64,000 bases of DNA from Parvibaculales bacterium. GTDB lineage: Bacteria; Pseudomonadota; Alphaproteobacteria; RS24. Positions 10,957 to 21,760 of this stretch are shown here, piece after piece. The translations under genes and the position numbers were made by a program. The DNA is taken from assembly GCA_049611805.1 (NCBI GenBank), contig JBMZAX010000012.1, forward strand, positions 1,088-65,087. The letters run 5' to 3'. Positions within the stretch are counted from its first letter, which is position 1. Every line of letters begins with the position of its first letter. The notes beneath the pieces are model-generated. The model saw only the letters and a program-made list of their open reading frames with translations. It ran no database searches and was not told the DNA's origin.

Positions 10957-11979
10957 TTATTCCTTGGCCGTGTCAAAAAGATCGCCATCATAGCCGCGCG
11001 GCAAATCCAGCCCCAAATGTTCAAACGCCACGGGCATGAGAACGCGACCCCGCGGGGTGCGATTGACAAACCCAAGCTGGATCAAAAACGGCTCGACAAT
11101 ATCTTCCAGCGCGTCACGCGGCTCGCCCAATGCGGCGGCCATCGTGTCAATACCGACCGGGCCGCCCATGAATTTTTCGGCCATCACCTTCAAATAGCGG
11201 TGGTCGAGCGCATCCAGCCCGCGGCTGTCAACATCAAGACGTTTGAGCGCGCGGTCGGCGAGTTGTGCATCAATGCGCGTCGCGTTCTCAAAGCTTGCAA
11301 AATCGCGCACGCGCCGCAATAAGCGCCCCGCCACACGCGGTGTGCCGCGCGCGCGTCCGGCGATTTCGCGCGCGCCGTCATCGGTGACATCCAGCCCCAT
11401 CAGCGCGCTGTTGCGGCGAATGATTTGCTCCAATTCTTCAATGTCGTAAAATTCCAGATAAACCGGAATGCCGAAACGGTCGCGCAAGGGCGTTGTCAGC
11501 AGGCCGGAGCGCGTGGTGGCCCCAACCAGCGTAAACGGCGGCAGGTCGATTTTGACCGAGCGCGCGGCGGGGCCCTCGCCGATCATCAAATCAAGCTCGA
11601 AATCTTCCATCGCCGGATATAATATTTCTTCAACCGCCGGGCTCAGCCTGTGTATCTCGTCGATGAACAAAACATCATGCGGTTCCAGATTTGTCAGGAG
11701 TGATGCCAGATCTCCGGCCTTTGAAATGACCGGGCCGGATGTCGAACGAAAGCCCGTTCCCAATTCACGCGCGATAATCTGCGCCAGCGTGGTCTTGCCA
11801 AGCCCCGGCGGGCCGGCCAGCAGCACATGGTCAAGCGCCTCTTTACGCCCGCGCGCCGCGCCGATGAAAACAGAGAGGTTTTCGCGGCCCTTTTTCTGGC
11901 CGATAAACCCGTCAAGCGAGGTCGGCCGCAAGGCGGTATCGTGGTCGTCGCCCGCCGCATCTATCAGCCGGTCGGTCAT
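10957..11979 (-). CDS. ruvB: Holliday junction branch migration ATPase RuvB
   Basis: 340 aa. Walker [21 protein letters not shown], conserved C-terminal winged helix. Confidence 0.95.
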   Translation of the reverse strand: MTDRLIDAAGDDHDTALRPTSLDGFIGQKKGRENLSVFIGAARGRKEALDHVLLAGPPGLGKTTLAQIIARELGTGFRSTSGPVISKAGDLASLLTNLEPHDVLFIDEIHRLSPAVEEILYPAMEDFELDLMIGEGPAARSVKIDLPPFTLVGATTRSGLLTTPLRDRFGIPVYLEFYDIEELEQIIRRNSALMGLDVTDDGAREIAGRARGTPRVAGRLLRRVRDFASFENATRIDAQLADRALKRLDVDSRGLDALDHRYLKVMAEKFMGGPVGIDTMAAALGEPRDALEDIVEPFLIQLGFVNRTPRGRVLMPVAFEHLGLDLPRGYDGDLFDTAKE

Positions 11980-12590
11980 TTTGCCAACTCCTTCAGGGCT
12001 TTGCGTATCAGGGTTTCGGCGCTCTCATCCTCATCCTCATCACCATTCAAGCCTGCCGCCGCCGCTTGCAGGGCGCGGTGCGCTTCGGCGCGCTGATATC
12101 CCAAATTGGTCAGTGCGGACATGGCATCCAGATGGGCCTGCGACGCCGTCGAACCGGCATCGGCACTTGCGGCCACGCCAAAAGCGGCTTCGGGAATTTT
12201 GTCTTTCAACTCCTGCACAATGCGCTGGGCGACTTTCGGGCCGACACCGGGGGCGCGCGCGACCATGGCTTTGTCTTCGGCGGCCACGGCCTGCACAAGG
12301 TCGCCGGGCGACAACACGCCCTGAATGGCCAGTGCAACCTTGGCACCAACCCCCTGCACGCCCATGAGAAGCTTGAACAAGCTGCGCTCTTCTTCGCTCA
12401 AAAACCCGAACAGCCGAAACTGGTCTTCGCGCACATAAGTTTCGATTGCCAGCGACACCGCCTCGCCATCGGGCGGGCATCCGTCCAAGAGCCGCGCCGA
12501 GCCTTCGACCATATAGCCGACGCCGCCCACATCCACGAGCACCCAGTTCTCGCCGCGCCCGTCCACGCGACCGCGCAATCGCCCGATCAT
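11976..12590 (-). CDS. ruvA: Holliday junction DNA helicase subunit RuvA
   Basis: 204 aa. MIGRLRG...VDVGGVGY N-terminus and HhH motifs ([20 protein letters not shown]). 4-nt overlaps with ruvC and ruvB. Confidence 0.95.
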   Translation of the reverse strand: MIGRLRGRVDGRGENWVLVDVGGVGYMVEGSARLLDGCPPDGEAVSLAIETYVREDQFRLFGFLSEEERSLFKLLMGVQGVGAKVALAIQGVLSPGDLVQAVAAEDKAMVARAPGVGPKVAQRIVQELKDKIPEAAFGVAASADAGSTASQAHLDAMSALTNLGYQRAEAHRALQAAAAGLNGDEDEDESAETLIRKALKELAK

Positions 12591-13111
12591 CTACCGACCT
12601 CCAGCGCCTGCGCCAGACGCCCGCCAAGGTCTCCGGCATGGGCCAGCGTAATCGCCACGGCCAGCGCATCGGCGGCGTGTTCGTCTGCAATGCGCGCCTG
12701 CGGCAACAACACTTTGATCATGGCCGCGATTTGTTCCTTGGCCGCATGGCCCGACCCCGTCACGGCGCGTTTGATGAAATTGGGCGCATATTCATGCACC
12801 GGAATATTGCGCCGCGCCGGCACCAGCAGACAGACCGCGCGCGCCTGACCCAGCTTGAGCGTGGCGGCACCGTCGCGATTGACGAAAGTTTGCTCGACGC
12901 CTGCATGGTCGGCCCCCCAAGTGTCAAACACCTCTTCCAGCCCGTTTTCGATTTGCAAAAGGCGTGTCGGCAAGGCATCAGCCTGCTTTGAGGCGATGGA
13001 GCCGTTCGCCACATGAACGAGCTTCGGGCCCGTCACATCGATAACTCCCCAGCCGGTAAAGCGAAGCCCGGGGTCAAGCCCGATCAGGCGGTGGCTGGAG
13101 GTGGTGCTCAT
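12587..13111 (-). CDS. ruvC: crossover junction endodeoxyribonuclease RuvC
   Basis: 174 aa. IGLDPGLRFTGWGVI catalytic N-terminus, ...ADEHAADALAVAI C-terminal acidic site. Confidence 0.95.
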   Translation of the reverse strand: MSTTSSHRLIGLDPGLRFTGWGVIDVTGPKLVHVANGSIASKQADALPTRLLQIENGLEEVFDTWGADHAGVEQTFVNRDGAATLKLGQARAVCLLVPARRNIPVHEYAPNFIKRAVTGSGHAAKEQIAAMIKVLLPQARIADEHAADALAVAITLAHAGDLGGRLAQALEVGR

Positions 13112-13129
13112 GCGAATTTTTCCTTCCGC

Positions 13130-13876
13130 TCAGCTTGACAATTTTTCCATCACCTCATCGGCAATATCAAAATTTGCGTAAACATTTTGCACATCGTCAA
13201 GGTCGTCCAGCGCGTCCATGAATTTCAGCACTTTCTCGGCTGCCTCGGCATCGACCGGCACATCATTTTGCGGCTTCCACACAATGCTTGCCGCTTGCGG
13301 CTCACCCAGAACACCGGCAAGCACATCGACCACGCCGTGCAAATCTTCCATCGTGCAGATGATTTCATGGCCGTCATCGCCCGATATGACATCTTCGGCA
13401 CCGGCTTCGATGGCCGCCTCGAACACCGCCTCGGCGTCGGCGGCGTCAGCTCCGTATTCGATCGAGCCGACCCTGTCAAACATGAACGACACCGAGCCGG
13501 TTTCACCCATATTGCCGCCCGATTTGGAAAAGGTCGAGCGCACATCGCTTGCCGTGCGATTGCGATTATCGGTCAACGTTTCGACAATGACGCCAATCCC
13601 GGCCGGGCCAAAACCCTCATAGCGCACTTCGTCATAATTTTCGCCGTCAGCATCGGCACTTTTCTTGATGGCGCGCTCAATATTGTCTTTCGGCATATTC
13701 TGGGCGCGCGCCGCGAGAATGGCCGTGCGCAGGCGCGGATTGCTGTCCGGGTCCGGCATGCCCATTTTGGCGGCCACGGTTATTTCTTTTGCCAGACGCG
13801 AGAAAATTTTCGCGCGCTTTTTGTCCTGGGCACCCTTGCGGTGCTGAATATTTTTAAACTTGGAATGGCCTGCCAT
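13130..13876 (-). CDS. yebC: YebC/PmpR family DNA-binding transcriptional regulator
   Basis: Canonical N-terminus [18 protein letters not shown] starts at ATG 13876. The track start at 13894 is a TTG six codons upstream. Confidence 0.9.
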   Translation of the reverse strand: MAGHSKFKNIQHRKGAQDKKRAKIFSRLAKEITVAAKMGMPDPDSNPRLRTAILAARAQNMPKDNIERAIKKSADADGENYDEVRYEGFGPAGIGVIVETLTDNRNRTASDVRSTFSKSGGNMGETGSVSFMFDRVGSIEYGADAADAEAVFEAAIEAGAEDVISGDDGHEIICTMEDLHGVVDVLAGVLGEPQAASIVWKPQNDVPVDAEAAEKVLKFMDALDDLDDVQNVYANFDIADEVMEKLSS

Positions 13877-13950
13877 AGGGTTCAACTCTGCCAAAGTGAA
13901 AATTCAACGCTCCCGGCACCGCGAAAGCATGCCGAATCACTCGACATAGA

Positions 13951-14763
13951 TTAGCCGTTCATCGCCGTACTGGAAAGCCTGCCGCCAAAACGAAGCGGCG
14001 CAATATCAACCGCCAGCCCGCTTTGGTCGTCGGTTTCAACCATCACGCCGCAAAGCGTCGGCGTGCCCGGTGCCGGCGCGAAGCGTCCGCCGCGCAATTT
14101 GGTGCGAAAGCGCTTTAACGGCTCTTCTTTTTCCATGCCGATAACACTGTCATAATCGCCGCACATGCCGGCATCAGTCTGATAGGCCGTGCCGTTCGGC
14201 AAAATCTGCGCGTCTGCGGTCGGCACATGGGTGTGCGTACCGACGACAAGGCTCGCGCGCCCGTCGCAAAAATGCCCCATCGCCATTTTCTCCGACGTCG
14301 CCTCGGCATGCACATCAACGATAATGGCATCGGCCGCCTCGCCCAGCGGACACGCCGCCAATTCGCGCTCAATAGCGACAAACGGGTCGTCCAGCGTTTC
14401 CATGAACAACTGGCCCATAACATTGACCACCATCACACGCCGCTCGCCCGCCTGATAAAGATTGGCACCGATGCCCGGCGTGCCGGACGGAAAGTTTACC
14501 GGTCGCAACAGGCGGTTTTCAGTGTCGATATAGCCCTGAATTTCCTGCTGATCCCAAACGTGATTGCCGGTCGAAATGACATCGACACCGGCTTCGAAAA
14601 AAGCCTCGGCAATCGCCGGTGTAATGCCGAAACCGCCGGCGGCATTTTCGCCGTTTACGATGACGAAATCGAGCGCCCATTGTTTGCGCCATAGCGGCAC
14701 CTGCCGCAACACGGCTTCGCGCGCCGCGCGGCCCATGACATCTCCGAGAAACAAAATTTTCAT
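13951..14763 (-). CDS. YmdB-like metallophosphoesterase (TIGR00282 family)
   Basis: 270 aa. MKILFLGDVMG, VNGENAAGGFGIT and TGNHVWD metal-binding motifs. Confidence 0.85.
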   Translation of the reverse strand: MKILFLGDVMGRAAREAVLRQVPLWRKQWALDFVIVNGENAAGGFGITPAIAEAFFEAGVDVISTGNHVWDQQEIQGYIDTENRLLRPVNFPSGTPGIGANLYQAGERRVMVVNVMGQLFMETLDDPFVAIERELAACPLGEAADAIIVDVHAEATSEKMAMGHFCDGRASLVVGTHTHVPTADAQILPNGTAYQTDAGMCGDYDSVIGMEKEEPLKRFRTKLRGGRFAPAPGTPTLCGVMVETDDQSGLAVDIAPLRFGGRLSSTAMNG

Positions 14764-15335
14764 AAACGCTCACCTTCACCACACATAATTGCCCGCGTCG
14801 GCGTCACCACCATATCAAGCGGCGCATCGTGCGGTTCCACCGGACATTTTTCAACCATCTGCTCGTCAAAAGCCAGTCCGATTGCACGCAGATGACATTT
14901 TTTTCGCAAAATCCCAAGCGTTCGGTCATAGTGCCCGCCGCCGCGCCCCAGCCGCGCCCCGGTTGCATCAAACGCCAGCAAGGGCAAAATAATCACGCTC
15001 GGCGCACATGCAGGCGCATCTTTGTCGGGGGCAAGCATACCGGCCGCATCGGGCACCAAATCCGTGTCGGTTTCAAAAATGCGAAAACTCAACGGGCCGT
15101 TTTCATGTGTCACGGGCAGTGCCAGCGGCACATTGCGGGCGCGCAAAAGCGCGATCAAATCATCGCTGCCAATTTCGCCGCCTGATGCATGATACACCGC
15201 CACACAGTCTTGGCTTGGGTCCAGCGGCACTTGCGCGTCGAAATTGCGGGCCACATCTTGCGCCGCAGACGGGTGCGCGCTTTGAAGCGAGGGGCGCAAG
15301 CCCAGCATGTGTCGGCGCAAGTCGGTTTTCGACAT
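14760..15335 (-). CDS. 5-formyltetrahydrofolate cyclo-ligase
   Basis: 191 aa. C-terminal GRGGGHYDRTL motif. Sits directly downstream of the 6S RNA candidate, as E. coli ygfA does. Confidence 0.85.
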   Translation of the reverse strand: MSKTDLRRHMLGLRPSLQSAHPSAAQDVARNFDAQVPLDPSQDCVAVYHASGGEIGSDDLIALLRARNVPLALPVTHENGPLSFRIFETDTDLVPDAAGMLAPDKDAPACAPSVIILPLLAFDATGARLGRGGGHYDRTLGILRKKCHLRAIGLAFDEQMVEKCPVEPHDAPLDMVVTPTRAIMCGEGERL

Positions 15336-15379
15336 CAGCTCCCCCGTTTGCGACCTTCGTGTCTGCGCGCAAGCAAATT

Positions 15380-15538
15380 CAAGTGGAACCGCCCTGACCG
15401 TCGCTTACAGTATCCTCGGAGACCTACATAAGTAGGTGGGCACCGTGTGCGACCGGCCACGACCGGCCACAGTGACAGTTCCCGAAAGGATCGTAAGGCC
15501 CCGAGCGCAATGGTAAGCGTCGCATCGGGCAGTCCCAC
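15380..15538 (-). ncRNA. ssrS: 6S RNA candidate (ends approximate)
   Basis: 211-nt gap between zapA and the cyclo-ligase, the position ssrS occupies in E. coli. By-eye fold of the minus strand: long interrupted closing stem, CUCGG/CCGAG inner helix, bubble hairpins UCCUUUCGGGA and ACCUACUUAUGUAGGU, apical helix CACUGUG/CACGGUG. Confidence 0.65.
15451..15470. repeat. perfect 10-nt tandem duplication (GACCGGCCAC x2) inside the 6S RNA candidate
   Basis: Read directly: gaccggccac gaccggccac at 15451-15470. Confidence 0.95.
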
Positions 15539-15546
15539 ATGATTAT

Positions 15547-15957
15547 TTAGCCCGTATTCATCGGCGGCACATCAATAGCTTGTTCGGTTTCCTCCGGCGC
15601 CACCATGGACAGCAGGTCTTCGACGCGCTCGGCCGCTTGTTCAAGCGCACCGCTGACCATGTTTTCCAACTCCTCAATACGGTCATGCAAATCCTGACGC
15701 GCGGCGGTGGTCTTTTCGATCTCGTCGCGCACGCGCCCAATTTCATGGCGCAGATCGCGCAATTCATTGCACATGGTCAGCCCGGTAAGCACCAGCAAAT
15801 GACTGTCGCCCGCACGATGTCCGGGCCCGACATCACGTCGTATATTGGCAATGCGGGTCGCCAAATCCTCGGCCAGTTGTTTCACCTGCGCTTCTTCGCC
15901 GTCCCGACACATAATCTGAAACGGACGCGAGTTGATTGAAATTGTTAACTCGGCCAC
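15547..15957 (-). CDS. zapA: cell division protein ZapA
   Basis: 136 aa. N-terminal ZapA fold region (LTISINSRPFQIMCRDGEE...) followed by a coiled coil. GTG start directly after the stop of the upstream DUF4164 gene. Confidence 0.85.
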   Translation of the reverse strand: MAELTISINSRPFQIMCRDGEEAQVKQLAEDLATRIANIRRDVGPGHRAGDSHLLVLTGLTMCNELRDLRHEIGRVRDEIEKTTAARQDLHDRIEELENMVSGALEQAAERVEDLLSMVAPEETEQAIDVPPMNTG

Positions 15958-16215
15958 CTAGTCACCCTCCAGCAAACTGTCAATTTGCCCCATCACTTTT
16001 TCGATTTGCTGCGCCCCCCGACGGCAACGCGCATCAAGTTCCTGATTGTGTTTTTTCAGGGCAGATACTTCGGCGCGCAAATGTGCGCATTGATTGTCCA
16101 GTTCAGCCGTCTTTGCGCGCGCCGCATCTTCGCTCCGGCGGGTTTGATGCACCCCGGCTCCCAATTTTTCCAGCGCCGTATGCAAACGGTCCAATGCAGG
16201 TTCGATTTTTGTCAT
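15958..16215 (-). CDS. small coiled-coil protein (DUF4164-like) upstream of zapA
   Basis: 85 aa, entirely heptad-like, abuts zapA (TAG then GTG). I recall this pairing as common in alphaproteobacteria. Family assignment is from memory, not from a search. Confidence 0.6.
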   Translation of the reverse strand: MTKIEPALDRLHTALEKLGAGVHQTRRSEDAARAKTAELDNQCAHLRAEVSALKKHNQELDARCRRGAQQIEKVMGQIDSLLEGD

Positions 16216-16328
16216 TAAACACCTCTATCCACAACATAGTCGCTGGGTGGAAATAGCGTCAACAGTTGAACAGGGCGGCGTGGCGCGCAAGGAGTTTTAT
16301 TAGGGGACTTTTGGCAGAGAATCGGGCA

Positions 16329-16398
16329 TTGACTCAGAGGTTGCAGACGGCCATTGTGCGGCGCGGAAAAAAGAGGCTCGCCGCTAGGCCCCTTTTTA
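16329..16398 (+). promoter_or_regulatory. tkt leader: promoter-like TTGACT-N17-CATTGT followed by a terminator-like hairpin with flanking A- and T-runs
   Basis: TTGACT 16329-16334 and CATTGT 16352-16357. Then AAAAAGAGGC (16368-16377) pairs with GCCCCTTTTT (16388-16397), one A/C mismatch. tkt ATG is at 16419. Confidence 0.3.
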
Positions 16399-16418
16399 AA
16401 TGTGTGAGGATCGCGAAT

Positions 16419-18449
16419 ATGCCAGATACGGGCGAAACGACCGATAATCGAAACACCAGCAAAGATACACAGCCCATGCCTTTGCGCGCGATGGCAAATG
16501 CCATTCGCGCCTTGTCCATGGATGCGGTTGAAGCGGCAAAATCCGGCCATCCGGGGCTGCCCATGGGGGCCGCCGACATAGCCACGGTTCTGTATACGAA
16601 ATTTTTGAAAATCGACCCGCTGGCTCCCGACTGGCCCGACCGCGACCGATTTGTTCTGTCCGCCGGTCACGGCTCGATGTTGCAATATGCGCTGCATCAC
16701 CTGCTGGGCTTCAAGGACATGACAATCGAGGAAATCAAGAATTTCCGCCAGCTTGGCGCGCGCACGGCCGGTCATCCGGAATATGGCCATGCCGCAGGCA
16801 TTGAAACCACAACCGGCCCGCTTGGGCAGGGCATTTCCACGGCTGTCGGCATGGCGCTGGCCGAACGCATGATGAATGCGCGCTTTGGCGACGACCTTGT
16901 TGACCATTATACTTACGTGCTGGCCTCGGACGGCGATTTGATGGAAGGCATCAGCCATGAGGCCATCAGCATTGCCGGACACATGAAACTTGCCCGCCTC
17001 ATTGTTTTATACGACGACAACAACATCACCATTGACGGGTCGCTTGATCTGGCCGAGTCCGGTGATGCGCTGGCGCGTTTTGAGGCCGCGGGCTGGAATG
17101 CGGTGCGTATTGACGGGCATGATTTCGAGGCGATTGAAGATGCGATTGCCGCCGCGCAAAACAGCGACAAGCCGAGCCTGATTGCCTGCCGCACGGTGAT
17201 CGGCTATGGCGCGCCCAACAAGCAGGGCACATCCGGCGTGCATGGCGCGCCTTTGGGCGATGACGAGATTGGCCTGACCCGCGAAACGCTGGGGTGGGAT
17301 GCACCGGCCTTTGAAATACCGGCAGAACTGCGCGATGCCTGGCGCATGGCGGGCCGTGCGCATGCCTCGGCGCGCAAAGCCTGGGAGCAGCGTTTGGCCG
17401 AACAATCCGCCGAAACGCGCAACCGCTTTGAGCGCGTGATTGCCGGCGACCTGCCATCGGGGCTTGATTCCGCTGTCGACAGTTACAAAAAACAGCTCGC
17501 GGAAGAAAAACCGGTCTGGGCGACACGCAAAGCCTCCGAATCCGTATTGAAAGCCATTGTTCCGGCGGTGCCGGAAATGATTGGCGGGTCTGCCGACCTG
17601 ACCGGCTCGAACAATACACGCACGCCCGAACAGGAAACCGTATCGGCGGAGAATTTCAACGGCAGCTTTGTGCATTGGGGCATTCGCGAACACGCCATGG
17701 CGGCGGCGATGAACGGCATGGCCCTGCATGGCGGGTTCATTCCCTATTCCGGCACATTTTTGGTGTTTTCAGACTATTCGCGCCCGGCCATCCGGCTTTC
17801 GGCGCTGATGGAACAGCGCACCATCCACGTCATGACGCATGACAGTATCGGCCTCGGTGAAGACGGCCCCACCCACCAGCCGGTTGAGCATTTGGCCGCA
17901 TTGCGCGCCATGCCGAATGTCAATGTTTTCCGCCCGGCCGACGCCATTGAGACGCTGGAATGCTGGCAACTTGCGCTACAGGCCAAGAAAACAACCAGCA
18001 TATTGGCGCTGACACGGCAGGGCTTGCCGCCCTATCGCGATTATGAAGAGCGCAATTTATGCGCGGCCGGGGCTTATGAGCTGGCCGCGGCCGGAAAGAA
18101 CCCGCAAGTCACCATTATGGCATCGGGCTCGGAAGTTCAGCTTGCCATGCAGGCGCTCGAAAAATTGCGCGACCTCGATATTTCGGCGCGGGTTATTTCC
18201 GTGCCCTGCATGGAGCTTTTTGCCCAGCAAAGCGCGAGCGCGCAGGCCGACATTATCGGTGATGCGCCCTTGCGTATTGCTGTCGAAGCGGCGGTGCAAC
18301 AAAGCTGGGACAGATATTTGCGCCCCGGCGATATTTTCATCGGCATGGAAGGATTTGGTGCCAGCGCGCCCGCCGACCAGCTGTTTCAGCATTTTGGCAT
18401 CACGGCTGACGCCATTGTCGCCGCGGCGCAAAAACACAGTCAAAACTAA
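16419..18449 (+). CDS. tkt: transketolase
   Basis: ThDP motifs ([35 protein letters not shown]). Start set to ATG 16419 (MPDTGETT...) preceded by GAGGA. The track start at 16266 is a TTG in the leader. Confidence 0.9.
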   Translation: MPDTGETTDNRNTSKDTQPMPLRAMANAIRALSMDAVEAAKSGHPGLPMGAADIATVLYTKFLKIDPLAPDWPDRDRFVLSAGHGSMLQYALHHLLGFKDMTIEEIKNFRQLGARTAGHPEYGHAAGIETTTGPLGQGISTAVGMALAERMMNARFGDDLVDHYTYVLASDGDLMEGISHEAISIAGHMKLARLIVLYDDNNITIDGSLDLAESGDALARFEAAGWNAVRIDGHDFEAIEDAIAAAQNSDKPSLIACRTVIGYGAPNKQGTSGVHGAPLGDDEIGLTRETLGWDAPAFEIPAELRDAWRMAGRAHASARKAWEQRLAEQSAETRNRFERVIAGDLPSGLDSAVDSYKKQLAEEKPVWATRKASESVLKAIVPAVPEMIGGSADLTGSNNTRTPEQETVSAENFNGSFVHWGIREHAMAAAMNGMALHGGFIPYSGTFLVFSDYSRPAIRLSALMEQRTIHVMTHDSIGLGEDGPTHQPVEHLAALRAMPNVNVFRPADAIETLECWQLALQAKKTTSILALTRQGLPPYRDYEERNLCAAGAYELAAAGKNPQVTIMASGSEVQLAMQALEKLRDLDISARVISVPCMELFAQQSASAQADIIGDAPLRIAVEAAVQQSWDRYLRPGDIFIGMEGFGASAPADQLFQHFGITADAIVAAAQKHSQN

Positions 18450-18472
18450 CATCAGACCGAAAGAGGGAAAAA

Positions 18473-19480
18473 ATGGCAATTAATGTAGCGATCAACGGGT
18501 TTGGGCGGATTGGCCGTCTGGTTCTGCGGGGAATTATCGAAAGTGGCCGCAAGGACATCAATGTGGTCGCCATCAATGATCTGGGCACGGTCGATGCCAA
18601 TGCTCACATGCTGCAATATGACAGTATTCACGGGCCGCTTAACGCCAAAGTGCGCGCAACGAAAACCGGCCTGAATATTGGCGGGCGCGGCATTAAGGTT
18701 CTGGCCGAACGCGACCCCGCCAATTTGCCGTGGGAAAAAATGGGCGTTGATGTGGCGCTGGAATGCACCGGCCTGTTTACCAATCGTGACGATGCGGCCA
18801 AGCATATTGAAGCAGGTGCCAAGCGCGTTCTCGTCAGCGCACCGGCGGGCAATGCCGACCTGACTGTGGTTTACGGCGTGAATGACAAAAAACTGCGCAA
18901 GAGCCACAAAGTTGTTTCCAACGCCTCATGCACCACCAATTGTCTGGCACCGGTGGCGCAAGTGCTGAACAAAACCTGCGGCATTGCGCGCGGTTATATG
19001 ACGACGGTGCATGCCTTTACCGGCGACCAGCGCACGGTCGATACGCTGCACAGCGATTTGCGCCGCGCACGCGCCGCGTCATTGTCAATGGTCCCGACCT
19101 CCACAGGTGCCGCCAAAGCCGTCGGGCTGGTGCTGCCCGAACTGGCCGGCAAGCTGGACGGCACAGCCGTGCGTGTGCCGACGCCGAATGTGTCGATGAT
19201 CGATCTGGTGTTCGAAGCCAAAAGCAAAACCACGGTCGAGGCCATCAATGCCGCGATTTCAAAAGCTGCGGCGGGGCCGCTCAAGGGTGTGTTGGGCGTG
19301 TGCGACCAGCCCATGGTGTCGATTGATTTCAACCACAACCCGAATTCATCGACCTTTGACCTGACCCAGACACAAATTGTCGGCGGCAAGCTGGTGCGTG
19401 TCTTGAGCTGGTATGACAATGAATGGGGCTTTGCCAATCGCATGAGCGACACCGCCGTTGCCATGGGCAAGCTGGGATAA
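18473..19480 (+). CDS. gap: type I glyceraldehyde-3-phosphate dehydrogenase
   Basis: 335 aa. [12 protein letters not shown]-binding motif and [12 protein letters not shown] active-site Cys. Confidence 0.95.
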   Translation: MAINVAINGFGRIGRLVLRGIIESGRKDINVVAINDLGTVDANAHMLQYDSIHGPLNAKVRATKTGLNIGGRGIKVLAERDPANLPWEKMGVDVALECTGLFTNRDDAAKHIEAGAKRVLVSAPAGNADLTVVYGVNDKKLRKSHKVVSNASCTTNCLAPVAQVLNKTCGIARGYMTTVHAFTGDQRTVDTLHSDLRRARAASLSMVPTSTGAAKAVGLVLPELAGKLDGTAVRVPTPNVSMIDLVFEAKSKTTVEAINAAISKAAAGPLKGVLGVCDQPMVSIDFNHNPNSSTFDLTQTQIVGGKLVRVLSWYDNEWGFANRMSDTAVAMGKLG

Positions 19481-19493
19481 TTCTGGATACTCG

Positions 19494-20717
19494 ATGCAAG
19501 ACTTCAGGCCGATTGACCTGCTAAACGCGACGCATGAGCGGGGCAGCATTGTGCTTGTCCGTGCCGACCTCAATGTGCCGATTGACGATGCGGGAAATTT
19601 GCGCGACGCCACGCGGCTTGCGCGGCTTTTGCCGACGCTTGAAACACTGACATCCGCCGGTATGCGGGTCGGTATTTTGTCGCATTTTGGCCGGCCCAAA
19701 GGCGTCGCCGATGCGAGCCTCAGCTTGGGCCCCGTCGCGGCTGCCCTTGGGCAGTTAATGGGCGCGGAAATTGCTTTCGCCGAAGATTGCATAGGGCCAA
19801 TGGCGGAGTCCGCCCTGACCGGTTTGCCCGAAGGCGGCATGTGCGTTCTGGAGAACACACGCTTTCACGCCGGCGAAGAAGCCGATGACGCTGATTTTGC
19901 CGCCGCGCTGGCCGCGCCCGCCCATGCTTATGTGAATGATGCGTTTTCAGCCGCCCACCGCGCGCATGCCTCAACACACGGGCTGGCAAAATTGCTGCCG
20001 GCCTATTGCGGGCTGGCCATGCAGGCCGAGCTTGCCGCTCTGGACAGCGCGCTGGGCAATCCGGCGCGTCCGCTGGTTGCCGTGGTTGGCGGTGCGAAAA
20101 TTTCGACCAAGCTGGAGCTTATCGGCAATCTGACCCGCAAAGTTGACACGTTGATTATCGGTGGCGGCATGGCGAACACGTTTTTGGCCGCGCAAGGTGT
20201 CGGGATCGGCACATCTTTGTGCGAAACCGGCATGCTTGATACGGCGCGCGCCATCACCACCGAGGCGGCGGCAAACGGGTGCCGCATTTTATTGCCCGCC
20301 GACGCCGTGGTGGCCCCGGCCTTTGCCGCGGGGCAATCCGGCACGCAAGTTGATATCGCCCAAGTGCCCGACGACCAAATGATACTTGATGCGGGCCCGC
20401 AGGCCGTCAAAGATATATGCGCCGCATTTGACGACGCCCGGACGCTTATCTGGAACGGGCCGCTGGGCGCATTTGAAATCGCGCCCTTTGATGCGGCAAC
20501 ATCTGCCACCGCGCGCCATGCGGCCGCGCTTACCAAGGCGGGCGGTTTAAAATCCGTCGCCGGAGGCGGCGATACGGTGGCGGCGCTGAACCATGCCGGT
20601 GTGGTGGAGGATTTTTCCTATGTATCCACGGCGGGCGGCGCATTTTTGGAATGGCTTGAAGGCAAAAAGCTTCCGGGGGTGGAAGCACTGACTGAACAGG
20701 AGGAGACAGGCAAATGA
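19494..20717 (+). CDS. pgk: phosphoglycerate kinase
   Basis: Start set to ATG 19494 ([10 protein letters not shown]...[10 protein letters not shown]). The track start at 19458 is a TTG inside gap. Conserved C-terminal GGGDTVAA. Confidence 0.95.
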   Translation: MQDFRPIDLLNATHERGSIVLVRADLNVPIDDAGNLRDATRLARLLPTLETLTSAGMRVGILSHFGRPKGVADASLSLGPVAAALGQLMGAEIAFAEDCIGPMAESALTGLPEGGMCVLENTRFHAGEEADDADFAAALAAPAHAYVNDAFSAAHRAHASTHGLAKLLPAYCGLAMQAELAALDSALGNPARPLVAVVGGAKISTKLELIGNLTRKVDTLIIGGGMANTFLAAQGVGIGTSLCETGMLDTARAITTEAAANGCRILLPADAVVAPAFAAGQSGTQVDIAQVPDDQMILDAGPQAVKDICAAFDDARTLIWNGPLGAFEIAPFDAATSATARHAAALTKAGGLKSVAGGGDTVAALNHAGVVEDFSYVSTAGGAFLEWLEGKKLPGVEALTEQEETGK

Positions 20718-21727
20718 ACAAGCAGGCACTGGAAACAATCGCGCAGGCAATGGTGGCGGACGGCAAAGGCATTCTTGCCGCCGATGAAAGCACCGGCACC
20801 ATCAAAAAGCGCTTTGACAGTATCAATGTCGACTCGACCGAAGACAATCGCCGCGATTATCGCGAGATGCTTTTCCGCACGGACGACGCCATGCGCGACC
20901 ATATTTCCGGCGTGATTTTGTTTGACGAAACCCTGCGCCAGAAAGCCGCCGACGGCACCCCGCTGGTTGAGGTCATTGCCGATACGGGCGCCCTGCCCGG
21001 CATCAAGGTCGATGCCGGAGCCAAGCCGATGGCCGGACATGACGGCGAAATGGTGACGGAAGGGCTGGACGGCTTGCGCGACCGTTTGAGCGGATATCAC
21101 GCGCTAGGCGCAAAATTTGCCAAATGGCGCGCGGTTATCAACATTGCCGACGGCCTGCCAAGTGCCGCCTGCCTCACCGCCAATACGCATGCGCTGGCGC
21201 GCTATGCGGCGCTGTGTCAGGAAGCCGAAATTGTGCCGATTGTCGAGCCGGAAGTCATTATGGATGGCACGCACACGGTCGAGCGCTGCTATGAGGTGAC
21301 AACCGCCGCCTTAACGGCGCTTTACGCGCAACTTGGCGAACAGGGCGTACATCTGGAAGGCACAGTTTTAAAACCCAATATGGTGGTGTCGGGGACTGAA
21401 AATTCGGTACAGGCCGGCATTGAGCAGGTGGCGGAAATGACGCTTGATTGCTTCCATAAATGTGTGCCGGAAGCCGTGCCGGGCATTGTGTTTTTGTCCG
21501 GCGGGCAGTCTGACCAAGACGCAACGGCGCATCTTGATGCCATGAATAAAATTGGCGGCCTGCCGTGGAAACTCAGCTTTTCCTATGGCCGCGCATTGCA
21601 GGCCGCGCCCCTCAAGGCTTGGGGTGGCAAGGCTGAGAATATCGCCACGGCACAAGCGGCCTTTGCCCATCGCGCCAAAATGAACGGGCTTGCCGCGCGT
21701 GGTGCGTGGTCGGCCGATATGGAATAA
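20714..21727 (+). CDS. fba: class I fructose-bisphosphate aldolase
   Basis: 337 aa. [15 protein letters not shown] and [11 protein letters not shown] (Schiff-base Lys region), typical of muscle-type class I aldolases. ATGA overlap with the pgk stop. Confidence 0.9.
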   Translation: MNKQALETIAQAMVADGKGILAADESTGTIKKRFDSINVDSTEDNRRDYREMLFRTDDAMRDHISGVILFDETLRQKAADGTPLVEVIADTGALPGIKVDAGAKPMAGHDGEMVTEGLDGLRDRLSGYHALGAKFAKWRAVINIADGLPSAACLTANTHALARYAALCQEAEIVPIVEPEVIMDGTHTVERCYEVTTAALTALYAQLGEQGVHLEGTVLKPNMVVSGTENSVQAGIEQVAEMTLDCFHKCVPEAVPGIVFLSGGQSDQDATAHLDAMNKIGGLPWKLSFSYGRALQAAPLKAWGGKAENIATAQAAFAHRAKMNGLAARGAWSADME

Positions 21728-21760
21728 GCCTCAAGCGCGCATTTCAATCTGGCGCGCGTC

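Noticed and set aside
12028-12047. Hexanucleotide repeats CTCATC x3 (RuvA tail, DEDEDE) and GAAGCG x3 at 51793-51810 (TPR protein, RFRFRF).
   Set aside because: These are short in-frame codon repeats encoding low-complexity peptide. Much shorter units than the 10-19-nt duplications, and unremarkable in GC-rich genomes.
16215-16982. 255-aa minus-strand ORF overlapping the tkt 5' region. Similar long ORFs occur at 34793-36088 (431 aa), 47489-49357 (622 aa), 22437-23861 (474 aa), 51622-52935 (437 aa), 7846-8724, 12066-12848 and 91-648.
   Set aside because: Each lies antisense to, or out of frame with, a gene that carries unmistakable conserved motifs (tkt, ygfZ, glyQ, dxs, the TPR gene, tolB, ruvA, glmM). 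Their translations are Arg/Gly/Ala/His-rich with no recognisable motifs. This is the usual stop-codon-poor shadow-ORF effect in GC-rich DNA.
21735-21757. GCGCGC-N11-GCGCGC hairpin between the convergent fba and tlyA as a bidirectional terminator.
   Set aside because: The stem is only 6 bp with an 11-nt loop, and neither strand has a U-tract. Not enough to call a terminator.
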